Source: Candidatus Bathyarchaeia archaeon
GTDB taxonomy: Archaea; Thermoproteota; Bathyarchaeia; 40CM-2-53-6
DNA length: 64,000 nt
Direction: 5' to 3'
Assembly: GCA_050013255.1 (NCBI GenBank)
Contig: JBEKFP010000001.1
Coordinates: 1,248,001 to 1,312,000, forward strand
In this document: positions 31,280 to 40,178 of the stretch, piece after piece
Position numbering within the stretch: position 1 is the stretch's first letter
Layout of the letters: each line of letters begins with the position of its first letter
Program-made: the position numbers and the translations under genes
Notes under the pieces: generated by a model
What the model was told of the DNA's origin: nothing
Databases searched by the model: none
Seen by the model: only the letters and a program-made list of their open reading frames with translations

Positions 31280-31394
31280 CCCAGGCCAAACTCCATGAGC
31301 CATCAACACATCGAGTTCACCTCACCCAAAGAAGCTCACAACATAATAGTGATTCTAATCTAGGAGACGGCAATACTAGTTCTGTCAGGTCTCT

Positions 31395-31646
31395 GTGATG
31401 ATTTATTGCAAGTATTGCCTCTCTCGCTTGGAAGATTCAGCAACTGAATGCCGGGTTTGTAGGAACGCAACTAGTTACGGCTCGTATCTCGCGTACTATT
31501 ATCCATACGTTCCCTGGGACTTCCCTACTCCAGCTGTTTTTCAGCAAGGACAACAAACGACTGCCTTCAGATCATGCCATTCCTGTTGGCGTCAAGTCGA
31601 CCCCAACGATCGTTTCTGCCGTTATTGCAGAACCTATCTAGGTTAG
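31395..31646 (+). CDS. Double zinc-ribbon protein with Tyr-rich linker
   Basis: Four CxxC pairs; YLAYYYPY linker. Confidence 0.65.
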   Translation: MMIYCKYCLSRLEDSATECRVCRNATSYGSYLAYYYPYVPWDFPTPAVFQQGQQTTAFRSCHSCWRQVDPNDRFCRYCRTYLG

Positions 31647-31764
31647 GTGCCAACAAAAAACCTTAGACGTGTTTTCAGATCAAACGGAGATACTGCAAAG
31701 TTTCCCTCGGTATCTAGAAGAGTGGGACGGATACGTGAAACGCTTGCGTGGATGAAAGCGCAGC

Positions 31765-32742
31765 ATGACTAGCGTTCTGGTTACTTTCCGCGCTGAGAGC
31801 GAGCATAGGGAGACGCTCACCAAAGCTCTGGGCAAAGCTTCGCGGATAGTCTTTCTCTCCGACGTTTCGCCGCAGAACCGTGCAAAAGAACTCGCCAACG
31901 CCGACGTGCTAATCTCTTGGAGTGTGGAGGAGGAACTGCGGCCTGAGGAATTCAAGTTGCTCGACCACGCTAAGATGTTGCAATTGGTCTCCGCGGGCGT
32001 AGACCACCTACCCTTCAGAGACCTCCCGCTGGGCCTAATGATTGCTAGCAATGCCGGAGCCTATGCAGAACCTATGGCGGAGCATGCAGTCGCCATGATC
32101 CTAGCCATTACTAAGAACCTCTTCGACCGGCAGGTGAAACTCAGGAACGGGACATTTGACCAAACCAATGTGAACCGGATGCTACAGGGCTCCACTTGTG
32201 CGATCTTGGGTTTCGGCGGTATAGGAAAGGCGGTTGCACGCCTCCTGCGCTGTTTTGATGTCAAGATCTATGCGCTCAACACGACCGGGCGAACCGATGA
32301 GCCAGTCGACTTTATTGGAACACTCAGAGACCTCGAACATGTGCTGCGCCTCGCCGACATCGTCATCCTCACCCTTCCATTAACGAATTCAACTCGAAAG
32401 TTAATCGGGAAGGAGCAGTTGGGATGGATGAAGAATGATGCTGTCCTTGTGAACGTTGCGCGCGCGGACATCATTGACGAGGCCGAACTATACCAGAAGC
32501 TGAAGGAGAAACCTCAGTTCACAGCCGCGATTGACGCTTGGTGGATTGAACCCCTACGCCACGGGAGGTTTTCCACAAACTATCCCTTCCTAGAGTTGCC
32601 CAACGTTCTGGGCTCACCACACAACTCCGGGATCGTCCACAATTCTTTTCAAAAGGGCACGATGCACGCAGTTGAGAACGTGAAACGATTCCTGAACCAC
32701 GAACCCGTACTGGGCGTGGTCAGGAGAAGTGACTACACGTAA
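31765..32742 (+). CDS. D-2-hydroxyacid dehydrogenase
   Basis: SAGVDH, GFGGIG, VNVAR, D.WW.EP, SPHN. Confidence 0.92.
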   Translation: MTSVLVTFRAESEHRETLTKALGKASRIVFLSDVSPQNRAKELANADVLISWSVEEELRPEEFKLLDHAKMLQLVSAGVDHLPFRDLPLGLMIASNAGAYAEPMAEHAVAMILAITKNLFDRQVKLRNGTFDQTNVNRMLQGSTCAILGFGGIGKAVARLLRCFDVKIYALNTTGRTDEPVDFIGTLRDLEHVLRLADIVILTLPLTNSTRKLIGKEQLGWMKNDAVLVNVARADIIDEAELYQKLKEKPQFTAAIDAWWIEPLRHGRFSTNYPFLELPNVLGSPHNSGIVHNSFQKGTMHAVENVKRFLNHEPVLGVVRRSDYT

Positions 32743-32829
32743 CCTATAGGCTCCCGGCCATTGCTAGGCCGCGACCCCATCTTGGGTGAATAGAAAACAT
32801 GAAAAACCTGCACACCCGACGTATGGAGT

Positions 32830-33123
32830 ATGCTTAGCTGTTCAAATTGCCAGACGACCGTTAGCGAGCAGGCTCTCTTCTGTCACCGTTGCGGCGCAAG
32901 ATTCACCGCTTCGTACGCGCCTTCCGCATACAATGTTCAAGCAGACTTGGTTCAACAATCTCTCGGCCTGCTCTCACGCCTGTGGCCATCGTTGTCCACG
33001 CAGGAGAGAGCTAGTACGATCGCCCTACTGCCGTACGCGTTCCAGGGGTACCCGGCCGCCCTTCAAAGCCTTCGAGGGTGGTTCGCCGATCGCTCAAGAT
33101 ACGACACGCGACCCTACACGTAA
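32830..33123 (+). CDS. Zinc-ribbon protein
   Basis: CSNC...FCHRCG at the N-terminus. Confidence 0.55.
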   Translation: MLSCSNCQTTVSEQALFCHRCGARFTASYAPSAYNVQADLVQQSLGLLSRLWPSLSTQERASTIALLPYAFQGYPAALQSLRGWFADRSRYDTRPYT

Positions 33124-33325
33124 CATTGCAGACACGTTAGTTGGGCTCATGCGAGAATAAAAGCACGGAGGCGTGCGCCCCATGATGATAGACTGTGCCG
33201 TGACGCGCGTAGCGACATATGCGTTCACATTCGCTTAGGCGCTATACTTTCTTTCCCTGCATGCTTCAAATATACTGTTCATTGCTTGGTTGGAGTTATC
33301 TGGTTTAGAGGAGGTGTGTGATGAT

Positions 33326-33697
33326 ATGGATAGGACGATTGTTCACTTCGAGATCCCCGCCAACGACCCGGCCAAGCTTTCGCAGTTCTATTCGAAACTT
33401 TTCGGATGGACCTTCGAGAAGTGGGGTGGCTCCGAGACGGAGTATTGGATGATTAAGACGAAGGCGAAGGATGAGGATGTGGGGGTTAATGGTGGTATGA
33501 TGAAGAAAATGGACCCGAACCAAAGGCCGCTTAACTACGTGCTTGTTGAGTCGGTTGACGATTTCAGCAAGAAGCTGGTTCAACTGGGCGGGAAGATTGT
33601 GATGCCTAAGAGGGAGATACCGAACATGGGCCAGTTTGCTGTGGCGCTGGATCCGGAAGGGAACGGCTTCGGGATTTACGAATCCGGCGAGAAATAG
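33326..33697 (+). CDS. VOC (glyoxalase) family protein
   Basis: IVHFEIPA, FY..LFGW, NGG, DPEGN; GGAGGTG RBS. Confidence 0.92.
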   Translation: MDRTIVHFEIPANDPAKLSQFYSKLFGWTFEKWGGSETEYWMIKTKAKDEDVGVNGGMMKKMDPNQRPLNYVLVESVDDFSKKLVQLGGKIVMPKREIPNMGQFAVALDPEGNGFGIYESGEK

Positions 33698-33913
33698 GGA
33701 AAATGGGACGTGCCTAGCTCGCCAGCTCACCTTTTTTAAAACAAAACTTCCAGTCGACTATTATTCTAGTCGCTTATTATCGTGGCGACCGCGATTGTCC
33801 TCTACCGAAAACGTAGTCAAACACCCAAGCCGGAAGCTTTCTGGAAGTGGTAGTTCAGTTCAATATGAATAAACGTAAGACGGGCATTCTTTGCTGATAG
33901 GTCGTGGCTTGAT

Positions 33914-34927
33914 ATGAATTATGTTAGACTTGGAGACAGCGGATTAAAAGTTTCTGAGATTTGTCTTGGCACTTGGCATCTTCCGAGGTTGAAGGAAACT
34001 GATTCGTATGGGATACCGAAAGTGGACGCTGAAGAAACAAGAAGGGTAGTGAATCTGGCTTTTGATCATGGTATAAACTTCATTGATACTGCGAACCGAT
34101 ACCATGGAGCGATGGCTCCAGTTGATTTGAACCATTATGGGAACGCCGAGAAGATCCTGTCAGAAATACTCAGAGACCACGAAAGAGAGAGCTTTGTGTT
34201 GGCAACAAAGGTGGGGAACGAAATGGCACCCTGGCCGAATGGACGCGGCCTGTCAAGGAAACACATGTTCTGGCAAATAACCGAAAGTTTGAAGCGATTA
34301 AAATTGGAATACGTGGACGTATATTTGGCTCATCTCCCAGATGAGGAAACTCCGCATCTAGAAACTTTGCAAGCTTTCAGTGACCTAGTCGCAATGGGGA
34401 AAATTCACTATATCGGTTGTTCCAACTTCACGACAGAACAGGTCATAGACTTCATGGAGCTTTCCAAAGTGCATGACCTAGTCAGTTTTGTTACACTCCA
34501 AGACCCATATAGCCTAGGTAACCGAAGCATCGAATCCAACATGCTACCTCTAGCTCGCAAGTACAACTTCACAACAATGGCGTATTCTACGCTAGCTGAA
34601 GGATTACTATCCAGCAGATACCTAGACGGAGTTCCAGTTGGATCAAGAGCAACATATTCCCAGAGCCTCAAGAAAGCATTATCTGAGAAAAACCTAGAGT
34701 CCTTGAGAAAACTATCCACCTTAGCCAGCGAGAAGGGCATCTCGTTATCCCAACTCGCGATTGCATGGATACTTCACAAGCAGAAAAAACTTGGCGTCAA
34801 CATAATTCCGATCATCGGAGTATCGAACAAAGAACAACTACTAGAAAATCTTCAAGCATTAGAAGTCCACCTATCCGAAGATGACATGTTAAAAGCGGAA
34901 CAGAGTGCGCTCCCAATCCAAGTCTAA
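33914..34927 (+). CDS. Aldo/keto reductase
   Basis: LG.SGLKVSEICLGT, IDTANRY, ATK, GKIHYIG.SN. Confidence 0.93.
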   Translation: MNYVRLGDSGLKVSEICLGTWHLPRLKETDSYGIPKVDAEETRRVVNLAFDHGINFIDTANRYHGAMAPVDLNHYGNAEKILSEILRDHERESFVLATKVGNEMAPWPNGRGLSRKHMFWQITESLKRLKLEYVDVYLAHLPDEETPHLETLQAFSDLVAMGKIHYIGCSNFTTEQVIDFMELSKVHDLVSFVTLQDPYSLGNRSIESNMLPLARKYNFTTMAYSTLAEGLLSSRYLDGVPVGSRATYSQSLKKALSEKNLESLRKLSTLASEKGISLSQLAIAWILHKQKKLGVNIIPIIGVSNKEQLLENLQALEVHLSEDDMLKAEQSALPIQV

Positions 34928-35080
34928 CTTTCACTAATGCATGTTACGAAACTCTGGACTTGAGATTTCATTTAGTTTCACGCAGCACTCACACTGGCCT
35001 TTCATTGAGGTCGTGATGCTACAGTTGCTTTCTCGACCACTCGGCCACGCCACACGTTCTTCCTGTTTAGCTCTTGTCGC

Positions 35081-36166
35081 TCAGAACGTGAGTTTTCCGT
35101 TCCGGGCGATGGCATTGCCCTCTACTGTTAGTGTAGCTTTCGTTATGACCCCGGCGAAATAGAAATCGGTTTTGTTGGCGCCCCCTATGTCGTCGTTGCC
35201 GCCAATGCCTACGGTCACGACACCGGAGGCTAGGCTATCTTGAAGGAACCCCGTTCTCACCTGCGGGTTCACGCCAACGCCGATAACTGCAATCCTATCC
35301 CTCTCACCTGAGGCTTTGTCATAGGCTGCCTTCAGAAGGTTCGCGTTCAAACGGCCTCGATAATTCGACAGCAACCCATTCCTGAAATCTAATCGAACTC
35401 CGCCAACCCATTTACCCATGAATGACGTTGGCCTGTCGAAAACGACGCTCCCCTCCGCATAAGTCTCATCTGGGCATGCCAAGACATCGCCGCCCGGTAT
35501 GTTAGCAACGTTTCGGCCATGATCAAGATCCTCTGAGTCGACGATGCAGTCGTCCTGGAACGCATCACGACCTGCCAATCGAAGGGTAAGGTTGGTGCCA
35601 TTGGGGGCGGTGAGTTTGACCTCGCCGTTGCGCATGAGGGATGCGAGCTTCGCCACCTTGCCTTTGAGCTCCGCAAAGTCCACCCCGGAGGCTGCGATCA
35701 ACATACGCTGCCAGGAGGCGAGTGGGATTTTGTAGGCGTGGGCACGCTGTTGTGTGGCGTACCCTAATGCTATCCGTGCTCCTTTAAGCCGGCACTTTTT
35801 CGCCCTTTCATACCATTCTTCGTTGTAGCTAGTTGCGGCGCCGAATTTTTGGCGGTTCTTCCATATTTTGAGGAAGTCCGCTGGGCCGGTGATGAAGACG
35901 TATCCTTTGGCTTTCTCGACCGCCGCCCACTCATGCTCTCCAACTTTTCCCAGCTTCTCTTCGGGAAGCGTTTCAGCACTTTTCCAGAAGGTTTCTTCAT
36001 GCTCGAACAGTAGCATTGGGCGCGCTCCGAGTTCGCGAAGCTTGTAGATGAATGCGTCTGCTATGGGAAGGCCGTGGTCCCAGGTCTCAACGATTACGTC
36101 ATCGCCTGGCTGGATGCCGAGGGTTGATGAGAGAACGTTTGTTGCTAGGGCATCATAACTGAACAT
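35081..36166 (-). CDS. M29-like (thermophilic) aminopeptidase homolog
   Basis: GT.L, NIPGGDV..P, IG.GVN; some metal ligands look substituted. Confidence 0.75.
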   Translation of the reverse strand: MFSYDALATNVLSSTLGIQPGDDVIVETWDHGLPIADAFIYKLRELGARPMLLFEHEETFWKSAETLPEEKLGKVGEHEWAAVEKAKGYVFITGPADFLKIWKNRQKFGAATSYNEEWYERAKKCRLKGARIALGYATQQRAHAYKIPLASWQRMLIAASGVDFAELKGKVAKLASLMRNGEVKLTAPNGTNLTLRLAGRDAFQDDCIVDSEDLDHGRNVANIPGGDVLACPDETYAEGSVVFDRPTSFMGKWVGGVRLDFRNGLLSNYRGRLNANLLKAAYDKASGERDRIAVIGVGVNPQVRTGFLQDSLASGVVTVGIGGNDDIGGANKTDFYFAGVITKATLTVEGNAIARNGKLTF

Positions 36167-36325
36167 AGTTCAAGCACCACGCAGCCACCCACCCATAAGA
36201 CTTTACCTCGTTTGGAGTAAAGCAGAGAAATAACATGAGAAGACCATGAGGCAAGCAAGTCCGATGGACGCCGCAAAGATGCACGAAAGAAATAGTGACG
36301 CGACGAGTACTGCCGATGCTGCTGG

Positions 36326-36499
36326 TCAATACAACGATCTGTTGCACTTGACACACCATTGCGCCGCTCTAGGGTTTACGGCGCCGCAACTTACACAAGT
36401 CTTCATCGTTTGTGTTTGACTTTGTGCGATCGGGTTGAAGCCGCAATACGGGCAAGGGATTTGCGCTGAATACTTTCCACATTTATCGCAAAACGGCAT
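36326..36499 (-). CDS. Small double zinc-ribbon protein (57 aa), not in the ORF track
   Basis: Hand translation MPFCDKCG...CPYCG...CVSCG...WCVKC. Confidence 0.7.
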   Translation of the reverse strand: MPFCDKCGKYSAQIPCPYCGFNPIAQSQTQTMKTCVSCGAVNPRAAQWCVKCNRSLY

Positions 36500-36674
36500 G
36501 CTTCGAGAAGTGTCGGGTCAAGGTAATATTCTTTGGTCATCATAACCAACGAATTATCGAAAGTCAGGTGTGAAAGCGCGTGGCAATGGAGATTATTGAT
36601 TGATATTCCAAGAATTGTTGCGATGAGAAGCTTTGCTGACGCCCCGTAAGTACAAGTTGTCCATCTCTCGCCGG

Positions 36675-37865
36675 ATGGCTACGCTTGGCTCGAGGGTTTT
36701 CTCTCCAGAGCCGGCTGTTCGTTCGCTGATCGTTTACAACCTGCTCCAGGGCATGTATCTTGGTTACATCAGGATCTTTTGGCAGCCCTGGATGGTTTCT
36801 CTAGGGATCTCTATCGCGATAATTGGAGTTTTGGAGAGTGGGGCAGGAAGAAACGGAGCGATATCCGGTTTAATGCAAGTGGTGGGAGGAAGGTTTTCGG
36901 ACCGCCGGGGACGCAGGAGGCTGATTCTTGCAGGAAGTGGTTTCCTCATCGCGTGCTGGCTGACATCCGCGGGGGCATTCTTCTTCGGTTCCTCAGCGCT
37001 CGTATACCTCGCCTACCTCCTCTGGGGTCTCAGTCTGCTGTCGCTCCCGGTAATTGACGCGATGATGGCCGACTACATCGAGACGCCTGACCGTTCAAGA
37101 GTATACAGCACTATGCTAGTTGCGAATTTCATACCAGGTTCAATAACCGGATTCCTTGCGGGAGAGTACGGGGCTTCTCTGAGTCCCCCGCTTCTTCTTG
37201 TACTCGCAGCTGGGCTCGAGACCGTCGGCTTCGCTTTGCTCTTCGTCAAGGTTCGAGACAAAGGCGTAGCGAGTGTGATTCATAGGGCTCCAGTCAGTCT
37301 TAGGGCTACGTGGGAGTGTATCAGCCAGTTCCGGGGGTTCTTCAGCATCTTCATGATGGACGCAACAGCTTGGTCGCTCGCAACTGGAATCTTGTACGCC
37401 CTTCTCTCAACTCGGGGCTTCACCCAGTTTGAATTCGGGGTTGTCGCCCTCACGCAGCCCATCGGAGTTGTGTTCGGCACCGTTCCCGGTGGGTGGTTGA
37501 CGCACCGCATCGGGGCGAGAAGGCTGCTTATGACATCGGAAATCCTAGGAGCGGTCATGGTATTGGGATGGGCCTTCTACCCGGTTGAGCCTCTGGTTCC
37601 TCTATATGGGATCGTGTGGGGTTTCGCGATCTCAACTTGGGTGCCGGCACAATTCCACCTGTCGGCGGCCATGTTCCCCGAAGGGAGGAGGGGAGAAATG
37701 CTTGGGGCTCTAGCAACATCGGTCTACTTCGTCCGCTTCGCTGGCCCCATAGTCGCCGCCGGGCTGTATCTCACCTTCGGCTACCCCGCTCCCATGGTGG
37801 CCGGTGGCCTTGCAATATTCGCAACAATCATTTTGATCAGGAGATTCCTGCCGCAGGACGATTAG
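36675..37865 (+). CDS. MFS transporter
   Basis: GGRFSDRRGRR motif A; GGWL..RIG.R repeat. Confidence 0.88.
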   Translation: MATLGSRVFSPEPAVRSLIVYNLLQGMYLGYIRIFWQPWMVSLGISIAIIGVLESGAGRNGAISGLMQVVGGRFSDRRGRRRLILAGSGFLIACWLTSAGAFFFGSSALVYLAYLLWGLSLLSLPVIDAMMADYIETPDRSRVYSTMLVANFIPGSITGFLAGEYGASLSPPLLLVLAAGLETVGFALLFVKVRDKGVASVIHRAPVSLRATWECISQFRGFFSIFMMDATAWSLATGILYALLSTRGFTQFEFGVVALTQPIGVVFGTVPGGWLTHRIGARRLLMTSEILGAVMVLGWAFYPVEPLVPLYGIVWGFAISTWVPAQFHLSAAMFPEGRRGEMLGALATSVYFVRFAGPIVAAGLYLTFGYPAPMVAGGLAIFATIILIRRFLPQDD

Positions 37866-38065
37866 GCTGCATCAGATGTGGCTTCCTTTTGGGGTTCCGC
37901 CGCAACCGCTCGTCCCGTTCGCGTTTCTAGCGATACTTTGTTCGTCCGAGGCTCGGGTCGGTGGGATTCGGACTCGTCGGTGCTTCGGATTAGCCCCTTT
38001 GAAACCTAACTGCTAGGTATGAATTATAAGCGCAACCACGATACGATAAAATTGGGGCGATTCTA

Positions 38066-38395
38066 TTGAGTGATATTGACGTTCATCAGTTGCCCTCAAC
38101 GCTGAGGAAGTTCATCGAACGGAACCCGAAGGTCTGGGAATCCCACGAAGCATTAGGACTAGCCTGCAGAAAAGCAGGGCCCTTATCTGACAAACACATT
38201 GAATTCATCAAGATGGCGATCACGGCGAGTCAGACGCTTGAAACCGCGTTCAAGACCCACGCCAGAAAAGCCGCTGAGGCTGGTGCCAGTCGTGATGAAA
38301 TGGAGCATGTAGTGATTCAATTGCTGCCAATTATGGGTCTGGGCCGCACTATGATGGCGGCGAAATGGTTGGAAGAAGCAGCTGGACCGAGATGA
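38066..38395 (+). CDS. Carboxymuconolactone decarboxylase family protein
   Basis: GPL..K..E.I, H...A...GAS..E. Confidence 0.8.
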   Translation: MSDIDVHQLPSTLRKFIERNPKVWESHEALGLACRKAGPLSDKHIEFIKMAITASQTLETAFKTHARKAAEAGASRDEMEHVVIQLLPIMGLGRTMMAAKWLEEAAGPR

Positions 38396-38411
38396 AGCCA
38401 TCTAATTATTC

Positions 38412-38849
38412 TTGTTTTTGGATTTTCAACCCTCTCTGATCACTGTAGGCGTTAACGTTTTGCTGGGAACTCAGCGGTGGGAACGGCGATTCAAAGAGGC
38501 CGCTCAGCATCATGGAGGTAAATGCGTTGGGCTGGCTATCGGAGTCAGAGCGGTAGATGTTGTAGAGCGGGAACTTGACATCTCCGATAATACGTCAGCT
38601 CTTGAAGTAAAGCTGGGAACGAAAAAATGCCTTGGGGATGCTTTCAAGTCCCTCCTAGGCCTTCAGAAAAGGCAGGTCGAATATGTGAACCCCCGAAACG
38701 ACGTTATACTTGTGACTTTGGGAACAGACGCGATTGAGCTTCACCTTACTCCAACGAAAATCATGGAAGTCGCAAACGTGTTTGAGAAGTCCGACGAGGA
38801 CCTCTTTCCAGTCATCAGGAGACTGAAGCTTAACGCGGGGAGTCACTAG
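38412..38849 (+). CDS. FmdE-like protein
   Basis: HHG.KC.GLAIG.R and C..DA motifs. Confidence 0.55.
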   Translation: MFLDFQPSLITVGVNVLLGTQRWERRFKEAAQHHGGKCVGLAIGVRAVDVVERELDISDNTSALEVKLGTKKCLGDAFKSLLGLQKRQVEYVNPRNDVILVTLGTDAIELHLTPTKIMEVANVFEKSDEDLFPVIRRLKLNAGSH

Positions 38850-38862
38850 TGCGGCTTGAGCC

Positions 38863-39510
38863 TCAATGAGGTTCGCGTTTCAATTTGCTGATGATCTTTT
38901 TGAGATCTTCCGTAGTGTTGATGTTGGCAAAAGTGTCGAGGTCAGGATCTAACCCTCGAAGCTCGTCGATGTCAACGTAACGCACGTTACTGATTGACCT
39001 TACCAGGGAGATGACCGAACGACGACCTTCTCGAATAAGTCGTTCAGCTTCCCTCGCCGCGCTTTCCACTCTGTACACTCCATGTAGAGGTTCTAGTCGT
39101 CCATCTTTCCACATCGGGACGGCCGCTTCAAACCCGCGAACAGAAGCAAGTAGCTGCTGAAGGACTTCTCGGATTGGCAGGGGAGAGTCGACGGGGAGAA
39201 CCTGACAGTACTCATAGTGAGTATGACGTGCGCCGGTCAGAATCCCTCCTAAGGGGCCGATCCCTGCTATTTGATCGGTAATGACGTTCGTTTGGCCCAA
39301 TCGTTCCCGTATTTGTCTTTGTTGCAACTCGGTTCCTGCTACTACAACAACCTCTCCGTACAAACCCTCTATTCGGCTCTCTAAATGTTCAAGAATGGTT
39401 CGGCCCAAGACAGTGAATAGCGGCTTGTATGAGCCGAATCGTATTCCAGCACCACCGGCAAGGATTACCGCCGATACGGAATCGTTCTCCGCATTGGTTG
39501 TTTCAGGCAT
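38863..39510 (-). CDS. mobA: Molybdenum cofactor guanylyltransferase
   Basis: ILAGG...RFG..K, GPLGGI, D.P, EPLH.VY, NINT.EDL. Confidence 0.92.
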   Translation of the reverse strand: MPETTNAENDSVSAVILAGGAGIRFGSYKPLFTVLGRTILEHLESRIEGLYGEVVVVAGTELQQRQIRERLGQTNVITDQIAGIGPLGGILTGARHTHYEYCQVLPVDSPLPIREVLQQLLASVRGFEAAVPMWKDGRLEPLHGVYRVESAAREAERLIREGRRSVISLVRSISNVRYVDIDELRGLDPDLDTFANINTTEDLKKIISKLKREPH

Positions 39511-39533
39511 TCTAAGCCTTCCGCTGAGCCAGA

Positions 39534-40070
39534 TCAGCCTATGAGTCTCAGGAATTTCACTGTGTCCTTAGGAAACTCGATCAATGGAATCTCATGGAAT
39601 GATTTTCCTGACTGCCCCTTTGCGACCCTCCCCGAAATGTAGTCTGGCCTAGGATTCATGTTCTCGAGGAAGCTTTCTGCGTCGCGTTTCGAGGAGACGC
39701 AGAGTACTCGATTGACGTCGCGCCGCGTTGAGAGTCGTCTATAGAAGCCTTCTATGAGAACGTAATTCGTTCTTTCCTTCCTGAGCATACTGATTATCTT
39801 GTCCAGTTTCACGTGGGTCGTATCTTCTCTCCGTATCACAGCGAGCTCCTTCGGGGCGAGGGAGACAACAATAGAGGCTCCTGCAGCGGCGTGGAGCCAA
39901 GTATCCTTGCCAGGAGTGTCAATCGTGAAATTCCTGTCGTGGATGTGTTTTATGGTGGCGACCTTCCTTCCGCGTTTCTTGAGCGCCCCAGCGATAGCCG
40001 TGATTGCTGTGGTCTTTCCACTTCCACTGTAACCGAGGAATAGGATAATTCGCAAATCCTTCCAGCCCAA
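39534..40070 (-). CDS. mobB: Molybdopterin-guanine dinucleotide biosynthesis protein B
   Basis: GYSGSGKTT, VATIKH.H, D.PGKDT..H..AGA, LIEGF. Confidence 0.93.
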   Translation of the reverse strand: MGWKDLRIILFLGYSGSGKTTAITAIAGALKKRGRKVATIKHIHDRNFTIDTPGKDTWLHAAAGASIVVSLAPKELAVIRREDTTHVKLDKIISMLRKERTNYVLIEGFYRRLSTRRDVNRVLCVSSKRDAESFLENMNPRPDYISGRVAKGQSGKSFHEIPLIEFPKDTVKFLRLIG

Positions 40071-40178
40071 GTCAGCGCGTAACTACCATAGGTCTCATTA
40101 TTGGTACCAGAAATATCGCATATAGAGTATTTGCACACGTTCTAAGAACGCCCAAGACCGCATTTTTCACTGGTCTCA

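Noticed and set aside
37872-37885. CAGATGTGGCTT match to the 3' part of the 24.7-kb RNA
   Set aside because: Only about 12 nt with no shared surrounding structure; likely chance.
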